From positions 310,001-374,000 of the forward strand of contig BQFW01000008.1 of assembly GCA_020891255.1 (NCBI GenBank): a DNA stretch of 64,000 nucleotides, read 5' to 3'. Shown here one piece after another: positions 47,945-64,000 of the stretch. Each line of letters opens with the position of its first letter. Within the stretch, counting starts at the first letter, position 1. The notes beneath the pieces were generated by a model. The model saw only the letters and a list, made by a program, of their open reading frames with translations. It was not told the DNA's origin and did not search any database. Source of the stretch: Entomortierella parvispora E1425 (Eukaryota > Fungi > Mortierellomycota). The position numbers and the translations under genes are program-made.

Positions 47945-50900
47945 CTAGTGCAAAGTTCGGCGAGACACCTGTGGAGACCGCTCGTCGTCTCCATCTCGGC
48001 CCAACTCTTCTTCTTTCTCCACGTCTTTCTCGTCCTCTTCTTCTTTTCTCCGGCTGCTTGCAGTCGATTCGTCGGCAAGTAACTCGCCAACACTTCCACG
48101 TCGTCCATAACTGGACCTCCTCCGACCGATCGGTACTGGCGCTGGCACGGCTTGATCTTCTGACGAGAACGTGTCAGGAAGTTGTATCGATTTTCTGCCT
48201 AAAGATCTTTTCCGTCTCTCAGATTTGCTACTTCCGGGTACCACCGCGGAATCATCATCTGCACAGGCGCCATCGTCCACCTCATCCTCCTCATACTCAA
48301 AGTGGAGGCTTCCACTTGTTGGCTTCCGATGTAAGTTTGGTCCGGAGGATGAATTTTGTGATGCTGTCCCAGATGTCAGGCCGTTTTCTTCTACATGTGG
48401 AATAGACGAGTCTTGCACTGCTGACGCGTCGGCATTCGATCCTAGTCCAATTCCAAGACCGAGAGCCGCGCTCGCGCTATGGTTCTTGTAGAGACCAGCA
48501 GTTGCACTCTCCTGTGACCGATGAATAGAATGTGAACTTCTTCGCCTCATGGACTTTGATGACGATGAAGAAGGCTCTTTCGTCAGTCGTGGGCCTTGCT
48601 GCTGTTGTTGTTGTGGCATCTGATGATCCAAGATCTCCTCCGTGGTGGCCTCTCTTGGGTCATTCTGGTCGGAGGAAGGAACTGGTGGTGGTGTAGAGAG
48701 TCCAGTGGCAGCCTCTCTAGAGCCATCCCTATCATCTGCTTTTAAGGCAGACTCTCCAAGACCATGTTTTTGATCCCATTCGCCAATAGAGGAATGGCTC
48801 TGCTTTAGAATCTCTCGACTGCCCATGCTTTCAGAGGCAGAATCCAGAACCGAATCCGATACAAAGCCAACATCATCTCCAGATCCGTTATATCTCATCT
48901 CTGGCGTTCTCAATAATGAGTTGTCGAGTACTGACGATATGCTGTGTGTACCGTTATCGAGATCTTTGGGAGACTCGTGCAAAACATGACCACTCGACTC
49001 TAGGCCCTGCTCTTGTTGAGGCGGCTGAGGTTGCTGCTGTGCATCTTCTGGACTGTCTGATTCTGAACGTCCAATTGCTGCTAGGGATGCTGTGGTATCC
49101 ATACGTAAGGACGAAGACGGACGTCCCTGTGGAGAGTGATAATGTCCATAGTATCCAACTGAGAGGCGCTTCATAGCAGGTGTCGTTGGCATCGATCCTG
49201 AAAACCGGCGACCCATGTTCATATCTCGTGATATGTATGCGACATCAGCATCTGAAAGCTGACCATCATCCTGCATACTGGAAGAACTCTGGAAAACAGG
49301 CGAGTCTGGCCGGTAATCGCTGGGGTAATGTTGATTATAGTGAGGTTGCTGTTGTTGGTGATTCTGGATGTTGGACGATGAATTAGATGGGTCTAAGAAA
49401 AGGCGTCCTCCAGGTCCAAAACTGTGCTTTGGTGTAGGGTAAGGTGTGCGTGTTATATGGAATCGATCCTGTGGCGGGTTATAGAAGAGTTGACTGTCCG
49501 AGGAATCAAGTCGATCCAGAAGAGGGCTCAAGTTGGAGGGGCTATTATTTCGCTCGACATCACCAGGGGACCTCTCCATGCTGTCCTCGCGATGCATGGA
49601 GGTGTTTGAGTTGGGCTGCGGGGACGCATCGACAGACTGATCGTGACTATCCAGCATGCGAGAATGCGATTGATTGGTATCCGGGGTGAGTGGACTCATG
49701 GGTGACAATGGTGGTGACATCTTTGAGTCCTCTACCAAGCGAATACTATGCACACTATTATCGCTGTGTTGTTGCTGTTGCTGTTGCTGTTGCTGCAGAG
49801 ATCTTTCATCAAACATGCTCAGTGCTTCCACAGAGCCGATGCGGACAGAAGGTCGAATGCTGTCCTGTCTTGCCCGTTGTCCTGCAATGGCTCTCAACTT
49901 TGCCCCCAAAGGCGAGTGCTGGATTGCATAATGCATTGACGAACTGCCGGTAATGGCCAGATATGCCAGAATAGAGAAAATGGTGATGGCGCCAACGACG
50001 ATGAGATGCCGCTGGAAGAGAATCTGTGTGCATTTTTTTTTTTTTGAGTGAGTGGCCATGAGTTAGAAAACCAGGACACCAAGGTAGGATAGCCAATGCT
50101 TCAAATGAAGTACATAGAATCAGTGAGCTTACCTGAGATCCAAGAAGATGAACTTGGGATGAGAGGTTGATGAAATCCTGACGCTTCCTTTCGCCATCAA
50201 TCTCGACATGTCCACGATAGCTATAGGCGAGTTGGTCATATTTTCGCCCCTACGTGAATAACATCAATTAATATTTTTTTTCATGACAATTTTCTTTTGT
50301 TGCTGACCGTTATGACAAAACTTCCATGCTGCAACATACCAGTACTTCCAGTCTTCTGTTGGCTTCGTTCAGATGGTAAACGAGCTGGTTGATCTTTTGT
50401 TCGCTTGACTCGATCACCTCATTGAAGACGTTGCTTTGTTCTTCCAGATACTGATAAGACAGAGAAGAGTTGAGTTCCAGAACCTTGAGACGATTGACGA
50501 TGTTTTTGTATACACTCTCCTGTGATGAGTGCGCTGGTGATGGCACTGGGTGAGCAGAATGACCATCTCCAGCTGAAGACGCTCCACTAGTAGTTCCCAG
50601 GCCAGCTGATGAGGCTTTGGATGGAGGCGGCTTTGGCGCGGCAGTTGGCCTATTCTTTTGGGAAAAGGTGATCATGCCCAGGTCCCCACTCTTCCAGTCA
50701 TTGTCATCCTGCAACGAAGCTGGTGATGTCGAAGCTGGGATTGGGAGGGCGTTGGTCGGGATGGTTTCCGATAACTGCGTAATTGTCTCTTGAGCAGGCT
50801 GTTCTTGTGGGCTATCTACCCAAGGTAGATCTTTGAAATGATCTTCCTCGACTTCCTCGTGTGGCCACTCCGGTAGCAGGAATGTCGCAGTTTCTGTATG

Positions 50901-52888
50901 CTCATGTGCCTCTGGTTGTTGATCTGGAGGCGACACTGTCACTTCTTCCTCGCCTGTGTGGAAGGTTGATTCCTGTTCGCCTTGAGTGACGGGTTGAAGA
51001 ATGTCTCCATCATGCTGGTGCTCTGGAATTTTTGCCACTGAATCCTGAGAGTCCTCGTGAACGATGTCAATGACATCCGAAACTGCGGGGACTGACTCTT
51101 TCGTTGCCTTTTCTCTCTTGGCAATTTCGTCCGCCAGCTCAGTTGCTGTTGCTGCCGCTGCGGCATCCTCTTCATCATCCTCGGCGTCATTGGCGGCTTG
51201 AACAGCCTTTTCTCGCGCTGCTCGCTCGGCAAGACGCTTCTCCTCCTCCTCCTCTTGCTTCAACTGCTCGAGTGCAGTTGCACCATAGACTCGCAAGAGA
51301 GTCACTGGGCAGTAGTATTCCCTGCCGTAATGGTTCACAAAATCGAATCGAATGTATGTGGCGAGTTGTGGAACGGCTGGTTTGAATACCTTTTCGAGTC
51401 AAGTAAAAAAAAAAAAAAAAAAAAACTCGATTTAGCCTCGTGGTGTGACATTGTCAGACGGGGTCATCGGGTAAATCGTCGAACCTGTGCGTCTCTGGTG
51501 TTCCTTGCTTGGAAGTGGCCAAGTATACTCCAGCCGTCCTCCCTTGGTGGATATCGGTTGACAGAAACGACAAAGTCCTTGAACGTCGATGAGAAGAACT
51601 CGTAGTTGCCCAAAATAAAAGTGTCGACCAGGATTTCCTCACATAGCTCGACTACAAAAAACTTGTCCTTGGTTGAGCACTTGTTGAGCATGTAGTTGTC
51701 CTTGCCTTCGTTCAAAATGGCTGTGATGTGAGTTGCATCCTTGCTCGCTCTGACAACACTGGCGGCACAGGTGGCCGAGGCATGATTAAAACGATCCTTG
51801 GAGTCCTTGGCGTATTCTGATTTAATCCACTGTGTGTCTGGACTGGCTGTTTTCTTCACGTCAGGTCCATTGCCCAGCTTTCCGGCCAGGTGCTGGAATC
51901 GATCTTCGCCGCCTTTTCCATTGCCGCCATTGTCCAGATTAGGGAAAACAAAGCCGAGCTCATCCTCGCCACCGATGGCCACGTCGACAGCACTTTCCTG
52001 GTAAGGCTTTCTCCTCCTCTGTTTCCGCTCGTTGGTGTCCGAGTCCTTTTTATCCAAAACCTGCTTACGCCATTGCTCATACGAAGGAATGTGTCTCTCC
52101 GTGTGAACTATTGTCGTTGATGCTGTCGAAGCTGCAGGGGATGGATCAGAACTCGCGGATCGGGCGGCCCCAGCGCCTCCGTTTGTGGTATGGACTGTGG
52201 GCGAAGCACCTGCAACAGCCACAAAAGTGGGTCCTGTAGAGCTGTCGTCAGGATAACTATGCGCTGTGTTGGGATGAACCTCCATGCTACTCTCTGCAAC
52301 GACCGTCACTGTGGTATGCGTCTGCTCCGGGGCCACCATGTTGACTGTTTCTGATGGAGCCATAGACACTACGACGGTTGATCCTACAAGAGAAGGGCTC
52401 GAGGCTGGCTTATTGATGTTGCCGGTGGCGGTATCGTCATATTCGTCTGCTGTCATAACTGAGGCGATGAAGTTGATGGCATTGTCTTGTCCTGCAACCT
52501 GTAGAGAAAAGACGACAGAAAAGAAGTACGGATAAATGCTCGTTAGATTCAACCTGAAAGAGTAAAGAGAACAAGCATCCTGGTAGCCTTGAGCTTGTAC
52601 GTCTTGCCGTTTCTCTTTCTCTTTGTTTTGTTCTGTGAGCATTACCTTCACTTTGGTTTTGCTGTGCGTGGGCATTTCCGCGTGGTGAGAGTCGGGTGAA
52701 TGTAGACAGAGAGGATGGTCGAGACGTGTACATTGATGCGTCAGCTGGGACAGGGGATCCTGGTAAGGACAGATGCACCTCGGGCTGACCAGCATGAGCG
52801 CTGAAGCCGAGAGCGGGGTCAGCGCGCAGCAGAGGAGGATCAGCGCACAGACCGAGGCCCTTGTCTTCCAGGGCCATGCTGGAGCCAT
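47945..52888 (-). CDS. SLP1: SUN-domain ER membrane protein SLP1/SUCO-like
   Basis: Signal peptide from ATG 52888; mid-SUN domain RFNHASATCAA...KDNYMLNKC...FFVVELCEEILVDTFILGNYEFFSSTFKDF, HYGREYYCPVTLLRVYG; QESVYKNIVNRLKVLELNSSLSYQYLEEQS coiled coil; TM LIVVGAITIFSILAYLAI; long disordered tail. Confidence 0.9.
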
Positions 52889-52890
52889 GA

Positions 52891-52925
52891 GGAGAGGAGA
52901 GGAGAGGAGAGGAGAGGAGAGAAGG
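52891..52925. repeat. (GGAGA)n pentanucleotide repeat
   Basis: About seven GGAGA/GAGGA units immediately upstream of the SLP1 ATG. Confidence 0.9.
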
Positions 52926-53160
52926 AAGAGGGATGGACAAGGATGGAGATGGATGGACAGCGGGGGACAAAGAAAAAAGAAAAAGAATAAAAAAAAAGAA
53001 AAAGAAAAAAGAACACCCACCGCCTCCATTTCCCCACCCACCCCACACACAGACATCAATCACATCACCGCGCGCTTTGGCTGCCACGTCGGACAGGAAC
53101 AGAGCGACCAAAGGGGAAAGTGCGCTTTCCTGTCAGGTTCTTCCTTCCTCGTTCCTTCCC

Positions 53161-53264
53161 TCCTTCCTTCCTTCCTTCCTTCCTTCCTTCCTTCCTTCCT
53201 TCCTTCCTTCCTTCCTTCCTTCCTTCCTTCCTTCCTTCCTTCCTTCCTTCCTTCCTTCCTTCCT
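53161..53264. repeat. (TTCC)n tetranucleotide microsatellite, about 26 units
   Basis: Perfect TCCT/TTCC run of ~104 nt ending about 70 nt before the MCD4 ATG. Confidence 0.98.
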
Positions 53265-53332
53265 TTCTCTCTCCTCTTTACACATCCATCCATCCTTCCA
53301 TCCATCCGCTCCCTCATCCCTCCTCATCCGAC

Positions 53333-56300
53333 ATGGCATTGCTGCCATCAAAGCTCACGAGCACATGGCTGCTCATCATAGGGGTGCTCTTCCATGTCAC
53401 CTACATCATGTCCATCTTTGATATCTACTTCACATCCCCCTTGGTTCATGGCATGGACCAGCACCACGTTGCGGCCCCTGCTCCCGCCAAGCGACTCGTC
53501 CTCTTTGTTGGTGAGTCGTCTTTCTTGCTCTGCGCCTTACTCCAGACCTAACACGCGGCTCCACCCTCCAATTCATTCATTAACGATCCTCTTTGAATGT
53601 TCTAGCCGACGGTCTGCGCGCAGACAAACTGTTTCAAATGCATCCTGATCCCGCCACGGACAAGCTTTCGACAAAGGCACCATTCCTCCGCAATGTCGTG
53701 GAGACCGAGGGTTCCTGGGGCGTGTCCCACACCCGCGTGCCTACAGAGTCGCGCCCTGGACATGTTGCCATCATTGCCGGATTCTACGAGGATGTCAGTG
53801 CCGTCACCAAAGGTATGTTTTTACAGGACCTGGATCAAGAAATGTCCACGCGCGGTAGATCGCACCTCCTCCCTTTGCCTTCTCTTCCCTTGCCTGGCCT
53901 GACTATCCTTTCCTGCCACATTGGTCTGGATCCTAACCCCTCCATCTCGGCCCTCCTCTCTCCTTCTCTCTCGCCATGATCCAGGTTGGCAGATGAACCC
54001 CGTCAACTTTGATTCTGTCTTCAACCAGAGTGAACACACCTGGTCCTTTGGATCGCCCGACATTCTGCCAATGTTTGCTCATGGAGCTTCGGACCCAGAC
54101 AGGATCGACACCATCATGTACCCAGCAGAGCACGAGGACTTTGGAACAGGTAACACCGAGCCGAGATAGACAGGATATATGCGCAATGGATCGATTCCCA
54201 CCAGAGATTCTGATGAGTCTTTCTCGGATCAATACACCTGTTACCTCAATTTTGCTAGGCGATGCGAGTGTGTTGGACACCTGGGTATTTGACAAGTTCA
54301 CTCTGCTATTGGAACAGTCCAAGACGGATGAGGCTTTGTACAAGAAGCTGCACTCGGACAAGATTGTGTTTTTCTTGCATTTGCTTGGCTTGGATACCAA
54401 CGGTCACTCACATCTTCCTACCTCGGAATTCTATCTGAACAACATCCGGATTGTGGACGATGGTATCAAGAAGGTCACGGAGCAGTTGCGTGAGTTTTAT
54501 GGCGACGATGGAAAGACCTCGTATGTGTTCACAGCCGACCACGGAATGGGCAACCGAGGTAAGGCTTTTGTCGTGACGAAGAAAAAAAACCAGAATCAAG
54601 CTCAGCAGTGGCAAAATGTTTATGCCAAGCAAGAGCTGGGTTTCTTTGGCTCTCAACAACTCACTAGGACCACGCTATTTTTCTTTTGCCTTCTTTTTGC
54701 CACGTAGGTGTTCATGGAGATGGTCACCCTGACAACACCAGGACCCCTATCATCGCTTGGGGAGCTGGAATCCAGGGACCTGATAAAGTCAATCCCCAGG
54801 GACATGATGAGTTTTCTGCCGATTGGGACTTGGACGCGTACAGCAGACACGATGTCAAGCAAGCTGATATTGCCCCTCTCATGGTACGGATCATGCTAAG
54901 AATAGCAATCGTTGAATGCAGATACAGTCAGGGAAATGGTATGCAAAGATACTGATCTTTTCCCCACTCTGGCGGATAGGCTTCATTGATTGGAATCAAC
55001 TACCCTGTCAATTCTGTCGGAGAATTACCTCTGCCCTACCTTAATAACACTGAGGCATTCAGAGCTATGTCCACGTTCACAAATACGCTTCAGATTTTGG
55101 AGCAGTATCACGTCAAACAGGAATTGAAGCGTCGCACAGAGCTATTTTTTCAACCCTTTTCAGGATTGACGGGAGAACACTCGCCTGAGGCTGTCAAGGC
55201 TCAAGTGCAAGCCCTTATTGATGCTGGAAAGTACCAGGAGGCCGAAGCTGAATGCACCGTTGTTCGTGGACTCTGCCTGGATGGGCTTCGTTACTTGCAG
55301 ACGTAAGGATCTCAATCTCAAGTGTTGTTATTGAGTGGCGACTTTGCCGTACTGACTCTGCGGCGTGCTCTTTGGTTAGGTACGACTGGCTTTTCCTTCG
55401 CTCGGTAGTCTCTGCTGGATATCTGGGCTGGATTGCTTTCAGCTTGAACTTTATCCTGAGAACTTTTGTCAGCGGGAACGATGGACGCCTGGGATCGTTG
55501 GGAGGACCCAGAGGCACCAGGATTCAGAGAAACGTCGCTTCTTCGTCCGAAACAAAGATGGTATGCGAACTGTTATAACCTCGATGAGACTTTTACAGAT
55601 TGACTAACTTTGAACTTGATACCTTTAATATAGGTGAATGTGCTTGCCGTTGTTGTATTCACCTTCTTTGCTGTTATTTTGACGATCAAACAATCGCCAC
55701 CTCTGTATTACGCATACGTCGCATTCCCTGTCTTCTTCTGGAGCCGAGTTGTCTTGGCTCGCCGGGAACTCTTTGCCGCAATAGGAAAGACAACAAAAAC
55801 TTATGGATGGATCAAGTCTATCCTTGCAGCCCTGGGATACATCGTCGCCCTGGAGGTTCTTGTACGTTGGTTTCATTTTTCGATCAGGCTTTTCTCTCTT
55901 TCTTTTCTGCCGCGACATCAGGTTTATTAATACCCTTTTTTTTTGCTCCACTTTCCATGGAATTGTATAGGTTTACAGTTACTTTAACCGCGCGATCCTT
56001 TCGGTCTGCTTTCTCTTCTTGGCATTGTGGCCAGTATTCTTGCCAGACGCCGTTCAGCGCAACAATGCACTCTTGATGGTCTCTTGGTCTTTGTCGTGCT
56101 TGGGCACGAGTATCTTTACTTTGCTTCCAGTGGAGAAGGGAGAAGACCAATTGCTCATGTAGGAATCTCTTTGGTTGTGAGAATCTATATCGTTCAGACT
56201 ACTTGAAATATGACACCTAACTGTGTCTTTGTGATCCATAGCCTTGTTGGAGGACTGATTTTGACTCTGAGCGGCATCTTTGCTACTGCCGTGGTCCCTG

Positions 56301-57554
56301 GAGTTACCTTTGGCCCAGACGCCCAACAACAGGAGGAATCCAAGACTGCCCGATCTGTCATGGCTTTCCAGGTAGAGTACCTTGTCCTCCTTTTCATGCT
56401 CCTTGCCAGACATTCTTCGTACTCCCGGATCACTGGTATCTAATCTTTGTATCTCTTGTATTTACAGACCGGACTCGTTGCGCTTTCCACCCTCATCGTC
56501 AACAGTACTGTCAAGAGTCTTGCCGCTCACGAAGGATTGCCTCTTTTGAACCAGACTCTCAGCTGGATCATTTTGTGTAAGACTGGAGATGAAAGAAGAA
56601 AAAAAAAGAGGATGTGTTTTGCCTCGTATTGTCACCACTAACTTCTGCTTCCCCTCATTTCACGTTTGATAGTTGTAACTGGAAGCATCCCCTTTGTTTA
56701 CGGTGCCAGATCGAGCCAACATTATTTGCTCCGCATGGTCATCATCTACTTGTCATTTGCCCCCATCTTTATCCTTCTCAGTATCTCGTAAGTCGTTCTT
56801 GGAATTTTTGATCTTCATTCCTGTTCTGGTCGTCTTTGAGAAGGCCAGTCTCTAATGTGTGATTTTTTGTTTTTTGTCTGCATCTAGGTACGAGGCCATT
56901 TTCTACTTTTTCTTGTCGACCACCCTGTTGTCCTGGTTGATGTTGGAGAGAAAGATTTACTCTGCCAGCGAGATGCAACCCCTCTCAGACACGCTTGGAT
57001 CTGAAAAGAGAACATTGACAGGAAATCCTTCTGCGAACATTTCCTCCACCGGCTCAGTTGTGACGATCGACTACCCCACCCGTGGTTTGGGACCCAAGGA
57101 TGCGAGACCTGCCATCTTTTTCCTTTTCTTTATCAACGTGGCCTTCTTTGGAACGGGTAACGTTGCCTCTTTGGCCTCGTTCTCGCTCCAGTCCGTGTTC
57201 CGGTTGACGACCGTGTTCAACCCCTTCTTCATGGGAGTGCTCTTGATCTTCAAGATCTTGATTCCTTTCTTCTTGGTCTCGTCCATCTTCCGAGTCCTCG
57301 GCCGCTCCTTGGACTTGCCTCCCTTCTCACTGTTCCTATTGGGTCTAGCTACCACGGATGTGATGACGCTCAACTTCTTTTACCTCGTCCGAGACGATGG
57401 CTCCTGGCTCGAGATTGGCACCAGTATCAGTCACTTCTGTATCTCGTCCTTGATGGTGCTGTTCACCATCTTGCTGTTTGCTCTCAGTGATTTGCTCGTC
57501 GGCAGAGTCCTCGTGCCTGTCGTCGGTGAAGGTCAGAGAAAGAAGAGGAGCTAA
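53333..57554 (+). CDS. MCD4: GPI ethanolamine phosphate transferase 1
   Basis: [34 protein letters not shown]|[65 protein letters not shown]|[38 protein letters not shown]; about 11 exons. Confidence 0.97.
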
Positions 57555-57890
57555 AAGAAGAAGAACGGTGGATGAACTCCTGATGACGAAAGAAAAAGAA
57601 TAATATATATATGAATGTGTAGACGATTAGCATAGACCCCCCCCCCCATTTTGTTTTCCATAAAAAAAAAGTACCATACTGGCCCCATTGCCAAATATCC
57701 TGCATGTCCTTTCATATCCTTCACTTTTCTTGTTTTGAATCACAAACTCGTATGGTTTATTGCGTTGGCTATGATATTCGTCAACAGGAGTCAAATCCTT
57801 GTTGTTGTCGCTATTCTGTCCTATTCTCTGGCTCAAATCCGGCTCTGGATCACCCATCCCGAGCTTCTTGTTTTCGTCATCATCCAAAAG

Positions 57891-60570
<2,680 letters not shown>

Positions 60571-61188
60571 GGGAACTTGATAGTAGGCTGTGTGTGAATA
60601 CTGGTGAATTGGAGGCTAGCAACTGATGAAGCTGCTCGGGGAAAGAGGAGATGTGAACGACGAAGGAGTGGAGAGAAGAATTGAGGACGGACAGAGGTAT
60701 ACTGAGGACTGAGGAACGAAGGTCTTTACTTGTCGCCCGAGAAGCTGGCAACGGGCGTCTGGCAAAGTGGGGTGAGGAAGGGAACGGTAATGGCAAGGAA
60801 GCAGAGTTGAGGGTATAACATTGGGGACTGGGGCGGGGAGACTGCAGGGAGGAGAGACGGCGGGCGGAGAAGGGAGAAGGATGGAGGAGAGGGATGGAGA
60901 AGAGGGATGGATTAAGTGAGGATGGAGAAACGAACAAAGAAAAGAACCTTCGGGTTTTTTTTTCTTTTTTTTTTTTTTTTCCTTGTCCGATCGAGGACAA
61001 TGAAGGATCACAGCGCCCCTCAAGCGGCGGATTTGGTGGCGCTTTCTTTCTTTCCGCTGCTTCTTCTGCTGTGTCTTTCAATGGAAGGATGGAAAGACCG
61101 CCGTCAATCAGCAAAAGATGACTACAACAACACTGGTCTGACGTAGGTAAAGAGACGGTTTTATTACAAGCCCTCTTTTGTGTTGTTA

Positions 61189-62065
61189 TTACTTGGCCTT
61201 TTCCTGGCTCTTGGCCTTTTCCTGGCTCTTGATCCAATCCTTGGTCAAGATCTCCAGGACGACTCGCTCGCCCATCCACTCTGGGACACGTTCAGTCTGC
61301 AAGAATCCAAACTTGTAGAACAATCTCAAAGCTGGGATCTGATGTCCCTGCAACGTCACTTGGACCTTGGTCAACTTCTGGTCCTGGCTCAATTGATCCA
61401 AGGCCGTCTTGAGCAAGACCGCTCCAGCGCCCTTCCGACGAGAGTTCTCCTCCACAGTCCAAATAGTAAACTTGGCCACACCCGAGGCCTTGTCCACCGT
61501 TGCGCCAATGCATCCCATAGTCTCCTCATCGTTCTTCTCCAAGACCCAGAATTGATTGTCCTTGTTGAAAACAGTGACAGGGACCAGAGCAGCCTTGGAG
61601 ATTGGACTGCTGCTCCTGTTGTTGTCGCCCTCACCCTTGGCGTCGGTTGTTGCTGCTCCTGTGGATCGCTTCTCGACGCCAGTTTTGTGGGTGCCGGCCA
61701 TGGAAGAAGAAGAACCTCTAGTCTCGCCCTTGAGATCCTGATCGGCAAAGAACTGAAGCTTACCCACGACGGATGATCCAGGTGCTTGCGTGGAAGCATC
61801 ATAGAGCAACACCAGGAACAAGAGACCTTGCGCGATAATAATGGATCCAGCCAAGATCGTCAGGACTTCGTTGTAGTTGTAAACGCTGGTCTGTCGAAAC
61901 TTGAGGATCGCAGTGGAGATGGCCGTCCAGACCACGAGGGCGATGGGTCGCAACTTGATAAAGTTGAAAATATCGGGGACGGCACGGACATGGGCATCAA
62001 AGACCAATTGACGGACACCGGGACGGTTCTGGGATGTAAGCGGTTGTATTTTGAGCGACGACATT
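61189..62065 (-). CDS. Membrane-anchored GNAT acetyltransferase (NAT8/camello-like architecture)
   Basis: ATG 62065; two hydrophobic helices (IALVVWTAISTAIL; VLTILAGSIIIAQGLLFLVLL) before the GNAT fold with FWVLE..MGCIG, acetyl-CoA motif RRKGAGAVLL and PALRLFYKFGF; ends with a duplicated SQEKAK (18-bp tandem duplication). Confidence 0.8.
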
Positions 62066-63041
62066 ATAAATGGAGCTGAGAAAACTTGTAGGGGAATGAA
62101 AGAGTAATTTGCAAAAGAATCGGAAACAGCGATTGCTTTGAGATGACGAACAACAACTGGGAATGAAGGTGGGTGACAAATGAGATGAAGATGAAAGAAG
62201 AAGAGATGAAGATGATGTTGCCGGAATGGAATGCGAAAGAACGAAACATGGAGAAAAAAATAGAAAAAAAGAGCGTGGGATTGCTCGCGTGTGGTTGGCT
62301 GACGGCGATCGAGGGACGGACAGTCTGGACGTTTTTCTCCTTGGCCAATCACCTCGCCTGGGGCGCCTTCTCTCTTTCTTTCAGTATGGTCATGCCTGGT
62401 CTACAGTCTGGTTGCAGGCAATGAATCAAGTTCCTCTCGACCCAATACTGGACTGCAAGGGATTAGCCCAGAGTTAGGGCAAAGACATGCTCATTAGGAA
62501 ATTTGTCAGAGATAAAACGACTTCATAGCAATCTTTGACAGAAAAATGTTTGCAAATCCTTTTGAATCTCGTCTATCCAAAAACAAGAATCATGAACAGC
62601 TCTGGGATGACACAACCCTTTTGTTGGACGATTTACATGTACATTGCCCTCTAATGTCGCCGAAGAGGCCGTATTTGCAGATGATGATGGGCAGTTGACA
62701 ATGACTTTGTGGGCGTGGATGAAATAGAGAAATAAATGATGTAGCTTTTTTTTTTTGCCGGCTCCAAGAAGACCCAACCGCCTTTGAAAGTCATACACCA
62801 GAGTGCAAATCAGCTTTATATAGGTTTGAAGACACCGTTGGTGGTTTTAAAAAGGACAAGAACAAAGTAAAGAATGCACGGGTGTCTGGTATGTGTGAAA
62901 AGTGTGTTTGTAGAAAGACGATTTACCGAGCTGCACAGGTATGGAACAAGAGCTGTCCCATGTACAGGACCTGGCAGCACTCCATTTCTGTTCATATTGA
63001 CCGCCAAACATGCTCCTCGATCGACAGTTTGTTTATGACAA

Positions 63042-64000
63042 TTACGACCAAACCTAATCGCGAATAAGAACATAACCAAACAATCAATGGCCTTCCTCCA
63101 AGGTGAACACAGGCATATAAAAAAGATAAAAAGAAAACACTTACCCTGAGCGTCGTGTCCCAGCTTCCTGTTGCCATGGCCATGCCGTCCGAGGAAACAC
63201 CCAGGCAGGAGACGCGGTTTTCGTGGCCAACCAGCACTCCAGCACGCTCTCCCCGAAGCACATCCCACACGTTGCAGTTGAAATCATCGTAACCTGCAAA
63301 CAGCAATCGACCCGAGATCGAGAAAGCGACTGATGTGATTCCACAAAGGATATTGTCATGGGTGTAAATGTTCATCTCGCGATCCGCGCGAAGGTCAAAC
63401 AGACGGCATGAAGCATCGTCTGAGCCCGTTCCAAAAGCATCGCCATTGGGGAAGAATCTACCATGAGAACAGATGAACAACCACTGTTCAGTCAGCAGAC
63501 AGAAGAAGTCACTCATTCAGATATGCCTCCATAGCTCAAACTTACTGCACAGCATTGATGTCTGACTCATGTCCTGTGAAGGTTTGAACACATCGGCCGG
63601 ACCGAATGTCCCACACTTTTGCCGTAGAGTCGCATGCACCGGATACAAACAAGCGCTGATCCGGAGATATAGATAAACTAAGGGGGTTCATTGAAGTCAA
63701 GTCGGATAACGTCAATAGGGATGAAACGATGCTAATTGCTTCTCCCTCTTCCTTTTCTCCCCCGCGATTGCTATGGCGCCTGTTGCTGGATAAACAACGG
63801 AAGCAGTACGTGAACTTTGAGAAGCAAGATACACATACCTCATAACATCTCCTGTGTGATCATTAAACTCCATGATCCTGACACCTGCATCAATATCCCA
63901 CAGCAAGCAGCTCATGTCTCCACTAGATGTCAAGATTTGTCGGTCATTCAAGAATCGGCAGCATGAAAGATATCCTGTGTGTGCACTCAGCTCTCTAGCC
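63042..64000 (-). CDS. GPB1: Heterotrimeric G-protein beta subunit; 5' end outside window
   Basis: [115 protein letters not shown]|VWS*. Confidence 0.97.

Noticed and set aside
52773-53551. ORFs with PSFL or KEGR repeats
   Set aside because: They are translations of the (TTCC)n microsatellite, not proteins.

Overview
Gene-dense, intron-containing fungal DNA, most consistent with an early-diverging fungus of the Mortierellaceae. That assignment is an inference from gene style, ~50% GC exons, poly-T-rich introns and intronless F-box/LRR genes; no database search was run. I can reconstruct 24 protein-coding genes: PA-TM-RING E3 (5' partial), SLF2/Nse6-like, DCAF11/WDR23, RNF115/126-like E3, class-IV PLP enzyme, TPX2-like, LRRC58-like LRR, mitochondrial AsnRS, dipeptidyl-peptidase V, RanBP1-domain FG protein, AlaRS, two F-box proteins, a Crh-like GH16, a vWA protein, DUF1264/OBAP, Sfp-type PPTase, ureidoglycolate lyase, SLP1/SUCO, MCD4/PIGN, an S6K-like AGC kinase, a membrane GNAT and a G-protein beta subunit (5' partial). 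I found no supportable tRNA, rRNA, transposon or CRISPR. The standout observation is an intronless, MIDAS-intact vWA protein (39157-40647) ending exactly in EESDDDMGFGLFD*, the conserved C-terminus of the ribosomal P0/P1/P2 stalk proteins. It sits head-to-head with an F-box gene in an intron-poor accessory block and may be a P-stalk mimic or decoy. Other notable items are a TPX2-like gene in a fungus, an LRRC58-like BC-box adaptor, a GH16 with an altered catalytic motif, and a hidden upstream exon giving the PPTase a presequence-like extension. Exon boundaries were read by eye; family calls rest on recognised motifs.
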